Origin: an uncultured bacterium
GTDB lineage: Bacteria > Hydrothermota > Tepidihabitantia > Tepidihabitantales > DTDR01
Length of the DNA stretch: 64,000 bases
Direction of reading: 5' to 3'
Assembly (NCBI GenBank): GCA_964505415.1
Contig: CAZDHW010000002.1
Span: 45,226 to 109,225 of the forward strand
Shown here: piece by piece, positions 59,681 through 64,000 of the stretch
Numbering within the stretch: the stretch's first letter is position 1
Layout: the number at the start of each line of letters is the position of its first letter
Notes under the pieces: generated by a model
The model's input: only the letters and a program-made list of their open reading frames with translations
Database searches by the model: none
Told to the model about the DNA's origin: nothing
Position numbers and translations under genes: made by a program

Positions 59681-61293
59681 AATTGGAAAATATAACCCAA
59701 ATAAATCCTGGTGTCAAAAAGATTAAAACCAAAGGGAAAAGCAAAATTAAAATAAAAAATTCCGTTTTTAGTTAAAAAATCAACCCCGCTGCCACAACTT
59801 TTTAAAAAAAACCATTTATCATCTTTACCAATTCCGTAATCAAAAAAAATATAAGGAAAGAAAATATCTTTAAAAAGGTATTTAAGATGATTGCGGAAAA
59901 TTAAAAAAGAAGTAGCCGGATATTTATCTTCGGAAAATCCGCGCACAAACTCCTGACCGCCCAAAGAGAACTTTTCCCAATAATAAAGGGTGTCCAAAAA
60001 ATAAATATTGCCACCCAAAATTTCATTATGAAAAAGCCAATATTTTTTAAAAAGCGGGAATAAAAATTCTAATCGGGTTTCTAAAGTAAATTTTAATTGA
60101 GGGTTTTTCTCTTTTAGCTTTCTTTCTCCCATTAAGGTTTTTAAAGAGAAATAAGTTCCTTTCTGATAATTATTTATTTTGTTATCAAAGATAAACTCTT
60201 GTCCGAAAGAAAAGGTATGGTAAGCTGGGATTTCGGAAATCACTGAATTGTAAAATTCATTTTGGAGGATAAAATTTAAAGAAAGTTCTTCCACTTTAGT
60301 GGGTAAATAAATATGACTGGCAAGGGCGAAAAGGGAAGCGGTGGTATCGAAGCTTTTAAAACTGGCGGTAAAAAAGATTTTTTTGAAGAACAAAAAATAA
60401 GGTTGGTTATAAGCAAAAAGATAGAAATTTCTGTGAAAAAATTTTTCTAAAGCGAGTTCCCACTCTTCCCAATAGTTTAAAAAATTGAAAACTTTTAAGT
60501 TTAAATTAAAATAAAATTTTTTCCCATCCGGCAGATAAGAAAGAAAAAAAAGAAAATTATTTTTTCGTGAAAAAGGAAAGTAAAAATTTAAAAAATATTC
60601 TCCTTCTTCATTCTTACTAAGAAAATAATCGCTACATGTGAGTTTGAGGTTTTTATAAATATTTCTTTTAAATTTTTCCACCAAACTTTTTTGGAAATAA
60701 AAAGGCTTAGTAAAACCACTGCTTTTTTTTAAAATCTGCGGAGGAATTATTATCTCTCCGGCAGCAAAAAGGTCATTAATTTTTACTATTTCTCCTTCAT
60801 CGATAAAAATATCAAAATTTATTTTTTTATCCGTCAACTCAAAATTTTTAGGCTCAATTTTTACAAAGGGAAAGCCAATCTCCCAATAAAAATCAATAAT
60901 TTTTTTTATAATTCTGTTGAGATTTTCTTGAGAATAATCCTTTTCGGTAATTAATTTTAAAAGGTTTTCGGCTTGGATAAACTTTGAATAAATATTAACC
61001 TTTCCTATTTGGTATCTTTCCCCTTCTTCTACTAAATAAAAAAGAATAAGATTTTTTCGTCTTTTCTGCATAGCAATATTTACCTTCACATCGAAGAACC
61101 CTTCTTTTAGATAAAAATCAATTATCTCCCTTTGAAGTTCAAAAATCGCTTCTTCTTTTAAGGGTAGCGAATAAACTATTTTTGGGTTTATATTTTTTGT
61201 TCCTTTAATTTCAATTTTGTTAATAGGAATTTCTTTGTTGTTTAAAAAAAAGCTGAAAAAGATAATTATTTTTGAAAAAGATAGGGACGCCAA
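59677..61293 (-). CDS. Omp85/BamA-family outer membrane protein (POTRA + beta-barrel), short form
   Basis: N-terminal POTRA-like segments (INKIEIKGTKNINPKIVYSLPLKEEAIF...), a long Tyr/Phe-rich beta-barrel and a C-terminal aromatic ...YLGYIFQF. At 538 aa it is shorter than canonical BamA. Confidence 0.5.
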   Translation of the reverse strand: MASLSFSKIIIFFSFFLNNKEIPINKIEIKGTKNINPKIVYSLPLKEEAIFELQREIIDFYLKEGFFDVKVNIAMQKRRKNLILFYLVEEGERYQIGKVNIYSKFIQAENLLKLITEKDYSQENLNRIIKKIIDFYWEIGFPFVKIEPKNFELTDKKINFDIFIDEGEIVKINDLFAAGEIIIPPQILKKSSGFTKPFYFQKSLVEKFKRNIYKNLKLTCSDYFLSKNEEGEYFLNFYFPFSRKNNFLFFLSYLPDGKKFYFNLNLKVFNFLNYWEEWELALEKFFHRNFYLFAYNQPYFLFFKKIFFTASFKSFDTTASLFALASHIYLPTKVEELSLNFILQNEFYNSVISEIPAYHTFSFGQEFIFDNKINNYQKGTYFSLKTLMGERKLKEKNPQLKFTLETRLEFLFPLFKKYWLFHNEILGGNIYFLDTLYYWEKFSLGGQEFVRGFSEDKYPATSFLIFRNHLKYLFKDIFFPYIFFDYGIGKDDKWFFLKSCGSGVDFLTKNGIFYFNFAFPFGFNLFDTRIYLGYIFQF

Positions 61294-61775
61294 TTTTCGG
61301 GTATTTCCGAAAGGGAATTTAACAAAAAGGTGATATAAGTTGGTGCCTTTGGTTTTTTTAACAATCTCAGGTTGGTTTCACTCAATCTTTTATTACCTTT
61401 TAAAGTATTACATTCCACACAGGCACACACCAAGTTTTCCCATTCATCTTTACCGCCATAGGCTTTAGGAATGATGTGGTCAGTGGTTAAAGGAACATTT
61501 TTTCTTCCACAATATTGACAGGTATAATTATCTCTTCTTAAGATATTTTTTTTAGTTAAAGGGATTTCTCTTCTTTTCACTTTTACATAATAGGCAAGCC
61601 GAATAACACTGGGCATTACCAAACTGGTGCTTGGGGTTCTTATTTTTCTGCCGTTTTCCGATTCAACCAACTCCGCTTTCTTCAAAAATAACAATTTAAG
61701 AGCCTTCTTCAATTTACAAATGGTTAAAGGTTCGTAGTTGGCATTTAGAAGTAAAATCTTTTTCTCAAACATCAC
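61266..61775 (-). CDS. HNH endonuclease family protein
   Basis: CQYCGRKNVPLTTDHIIPKAYGGKDEWENLVCACVECNTLKGNK is an HNH/zinc motif. 169 aa. Confidence 0.8.
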   Translation of the reverse strand: MMFEKKILLLNANYEPLTICKLKKALKLLFLKKAELVESENGRKIRTPSTSLVMPSVIRLAYYVKVKRREIPLTKKNILRRDNYTCQYCGRKNVPLTTDHIIPKAYGGKDEWENLVCACVECNTLKGNKRLSETNLRLLKKPKAPTYITFLLNSLSEIPENWRPYLFQK

Positions 61776-62929
61776 TCTTCAATCTTTATTCCTTGGAACC
61801 AAAGTTCTTCTTTAATCTTATCCATAATTATTTTAATTCTTTTTATTTCATTTTTACAATAATCATTATAGGGGCTTTCTTCATTCACTTTATTATAATT
61901 GTTTACTGCTTCTTTATACAAATAATAGGCTTCTTTTAACTGTTTATTTTTTTGGCTTTCTTCGGCTCTTCTTTTTTTGATATCGCCAGCAATCACAAAA
62001 GCCACATCCAAATTGGGAGAGATTGCCAATGCCTTTTTCAATTCCTTTTCCGCTTCGGCAAAATTACCCAATTGTTGATGATAATCGGCTAAATGGATAT
62101 GGGTCATTGGGTCATTGGGAGCTAAATTTAATGCTTTATTAAACATTTGAAGAGCATTCTTATATTTTTTTTGTTTTAAATAAACATCACCAACCTTTAA
62201 AATTATCGCCACATTATTAGGTTCTTTGGAAAGAATAAAATTATATTCATTAAGGGCTTTATCAAATTCATTCAATTCAAAAAGAACATCGCCGTATCTT
62301 TCTCGCAAAGCGAGCTCTTCCGAATAACGGGAAAGACATTTTTCAAACATATTTTTTGCTTCTTTAAATCTTTTTCTTTTTGTTAAAAATTCACCATATT
62401 TATAAAAAATATCAAGCCTATCCGGGCAGCGGTTAGTTAACAAAGAATATAAAGAATCGGCCTTTTTATCTTCTTTTGATTTCTCATAAATTGCGGCTAA
62501 ACCCAGATACAACTCCACATTGGTAGTATCTAAATTTATCCCTTTTTGATAAAGACTCTCCGCTTTTCTTAACTGACCTAATGAGAGATACAAATCACCC
62601 AAGGCTTCATAACCTTTACTATTTTTATTGTCAATCTTTAGGGCTTTTAAAAAGTATTCTTCGGCTTTTTGGGCATCCCGTAATTTTTTATAAGTATTGC
62701 CAATAGCGATATAGGCTTCGTAGTAATTAGAATCATAACTTAAAGCGGTATTAAAATTCTCTAATGCCTTTTCCCAATCACCTTGTTTATAATATTCCGC
62801 ACCAATACTATAATATTTCTCCGCCTCTTTCCTTCTTTCCAATAATTCTTCTTCCGTATATTTTTTTACTGTTGTGGTTGGTGCGCAACCCACAATTAAC
62901 ACTAATAATAATCCTAAATACTTTTTCAT
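61772..62929 (-). CDS. TPR-repeat lipoprotein
   Basis: Lipobox LLVLIVGC followed by at least 8 tetratricopeptide repeats (…AEEYFLKALKIDNKNSKGYEALGDLYL…). Confidence 0.75.
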   Translation of the reverse strand: MKKYLGLLLVLIVGCAPTTTVKKYTEEELLERRKEAEKYYSIGAEYYKQGDWEKALENFNTALSYDSNYYEAYIAIGNTYKKLRDAQKAEEYFLKALKIDNKNSKGYEALGDLYLSLGQLRKAESLYQKGINLDTTNVELYLGLAAIYEKSKEDKKADSLYSLLTNRCPDRLDIFYKYGEFLTKRKRFKEAKNMFEKCLSRYSEELALRERYGDVLFELNEFDKALNEYNFILSKEPNNVAIILKVGDVYLKQKKYKNALQMFNKALNLAPNDPMTHIHLADYHQQLGNFAEAEKELKKALAISPNLDVAFVIAGDIKKRRAEESQKNKQLKEAYYLYKEAVNNYNKVNEESPYNDYCKNEIKRIKIIMDKIKEELWFQGIKIEE

Positions 62930-62964
62930 TTTATTCTCCTTTATTAATTTTTAATTTAAATTAA

Positions 62965-63037
62965 TGGAGCCGACGGGATTCGAACCCGTGACCTTTTGAC
63001 TGCCAGTCAAACGCGCTCCCACTGCGCCACGGCCCCA
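62965..63037 (-). tRNA. tRNA-Ala (anticodon GGC)
   Basis: Minus-strand GGGGCCGTGGCGCAGTGGGAGCGCGTTTGACTGGCAGTCAAAAGGTCACGGGTTCGAATCCCGTCGGCTCCA. G3-U70 Ala identity pair, anticodon loop CUGGCAG (GGC), no encoded CCA. Confidence 0.85.
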
Positions 63038-63134
63038 TTTAGATAAATTTAATAAAAATTTTTAAAAAGTCAAATTAAATTTTGGGGTAAGATAAAAGGG
63101 TGCTTTTTCGTTATTTATATAAAAGGAGAAAATA

Positions 63135-63458
63135 ATGAAAGAGTATAAAGAAAGAATAAATAACTACCAGATGAAAGTAGATAATGAGAAGATGGTAAGG
63201 AATTATGAAATGTGGGCTAAAATCTTTTATCAGATTGATAATCTGATTTCCAAAATTCTCAACGATTATGGTCTTTTTGGCAGTGAAAGGATATTTTACC
63301 ACGCCTATGCCAAGGAGGTTTATCAGCTGAAAAGCAAATATAAAGATAAGGTATTAGCAAGGGAGTTAAAAATAAGGGAAGTTAAATGGCTTTTGCGAGG
63401 TTTAAAGAAGGAAATACTTTTAAAAATTAAAAACCAATTGTTAAAGGCTATTCCCTGA
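63135..63458 (+). CDS. hypothetical protein (107 aa)
   Basis: ORF only. Lys/Glu-rich. Codon usage looks slightly more G/C-ending than its neighbours. Preferred over the overlapping 63-aa minus ORF. Confidence 0.35.
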   Translation: MKEYKERINNYQMKVDNEKMVRNYEMWAKIFYQIDNLISKILNDYGLFGSERIFYHAYAKEVYQLKSKYKDKVLARELKIREVKWLLRGLKKEILLKIKNQLLKAIP

Positions 63459-63482
63459 ATAATTCCCGATACCGTCTCCGGT

Positions 63483-64000
63483 TTAACTGATTGCGGTTTT
63501 CAAAATTTTTAATATTACTTCTTCATAAGAAATACCCATATGAAGAGCCTCTTTTGGTAGGTCCGACAATTCAGTTAGTCCGGGTAAGGTATTGATTTCT
63601 AAAAAATAGGGATTTTTTTTATCTTTCACTATCAGGTCAATTCTTGAATATCCTTTACAACCAATAATTTTGTGGGCTTTTAACGATAATTCTTGAATTT
63701 TTAAAGTTGTTTTTTTATCCAATCTTGCCGGCAGAATAAACTCAGTTTCCCCTTTCGTATATTTCGCTTTATAAGAATAGAATCTTTCTTTCTTAGGAAC
63801 AAGTTCTAAAATTGGTAATGGTTTATCATCTAAGATACCACAGGTGGCAATCATTCCTTCAATATATTCTTCCAAAAATAAATCGCTAAATTCTCTTCTT
63901 AAAGATTTTGTCTTTTTTATCAAATCTTTTTTATTTTCAACAATTTCCACACCAACACTAGAACCTTCGCATCGGGGTTTTATTACCAAAGGAAATCCCA
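63483..64000 (-). CDS. ddl: D-alanine--D-alanine ligase, C-terminal part (gene continues past window end)
   Basis: C-terminal ATP-grasp motifs ...GYSRIDLIVKDKKNPYFLEINTLPGLTELSDLPKEA.... The ORF is still open at the window end. Confidence 0.85.
   Translation of the reverse strand, partial: GFPLVIKPRCEGSSVGVEIVENKKDLIKKTKSLRREFSDLFLEEYIEGMIATCGILDDKPLPILELVPKKERFYSYKAKYTKGETEFILPARLDKKTTLKIQELSLKAHKIIGCKGYSRIDLIVKDKKNPYFLEINTLPGLTELSDLPKEALHMGISYEEVILKILKTAIS

Overview
AT-rich (about 30% GC by eye) 64-kb chromosomal window from a diderm bacterium. It is probably an FCB-superphylum-like or candidate lineage, judging from T9SS-type C-terminal sorting domains on several secreted proteins, a PorX-like REC+PglZ response regulator, an archaeal-type ProRS and an Spt-like alpha-oxoamine synthase. 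Most of the window is intact core housekeeping. (1) A gap-pgk-tpiA-secG-rplU operon, a tandem-domain ThyX, uvrA, and a pheT-zapA-6S-like RNA-rny-ymdB block. (2) metK-ahcY and a thrS-infC-rpmI-rplT-pheS block. (3) era-accA, purM, polX, proS, uppP, a ddl fragment and tRNA-Val and tRNA-Ala. The accessory content is a translationally coupled histidine kinase / PorX-like regulator / hemerythrin set, exbB-exbD-exbD-tonB next to two tandem BNR-repeat T9SS cargo genes, a Kelch-repeat T9SS cargo gene, and a roughly 4-kb stretch of decayed T9SS cargo genes broken by homopolymer frameshifts and nonsense codons. It also includes an Spt-like/GNAT lipid pair, a fused radical-SAM/DUF2344 gene with hypAB and rng, and an Omp85-HNH-TPR lipoprotein trio. 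Other things seen directly in the sequence are a rod-like GC-rich structured RNA (6S-like) after zapA, an AUU-initiated infC, and three consensus sigma70 promoters that abut start codons and suggest leaderless mRNAs. I found no CRISPR array, integrase, transposase or rRNA. All calls come from reading the sequence and recalling protein families; no database search was run.
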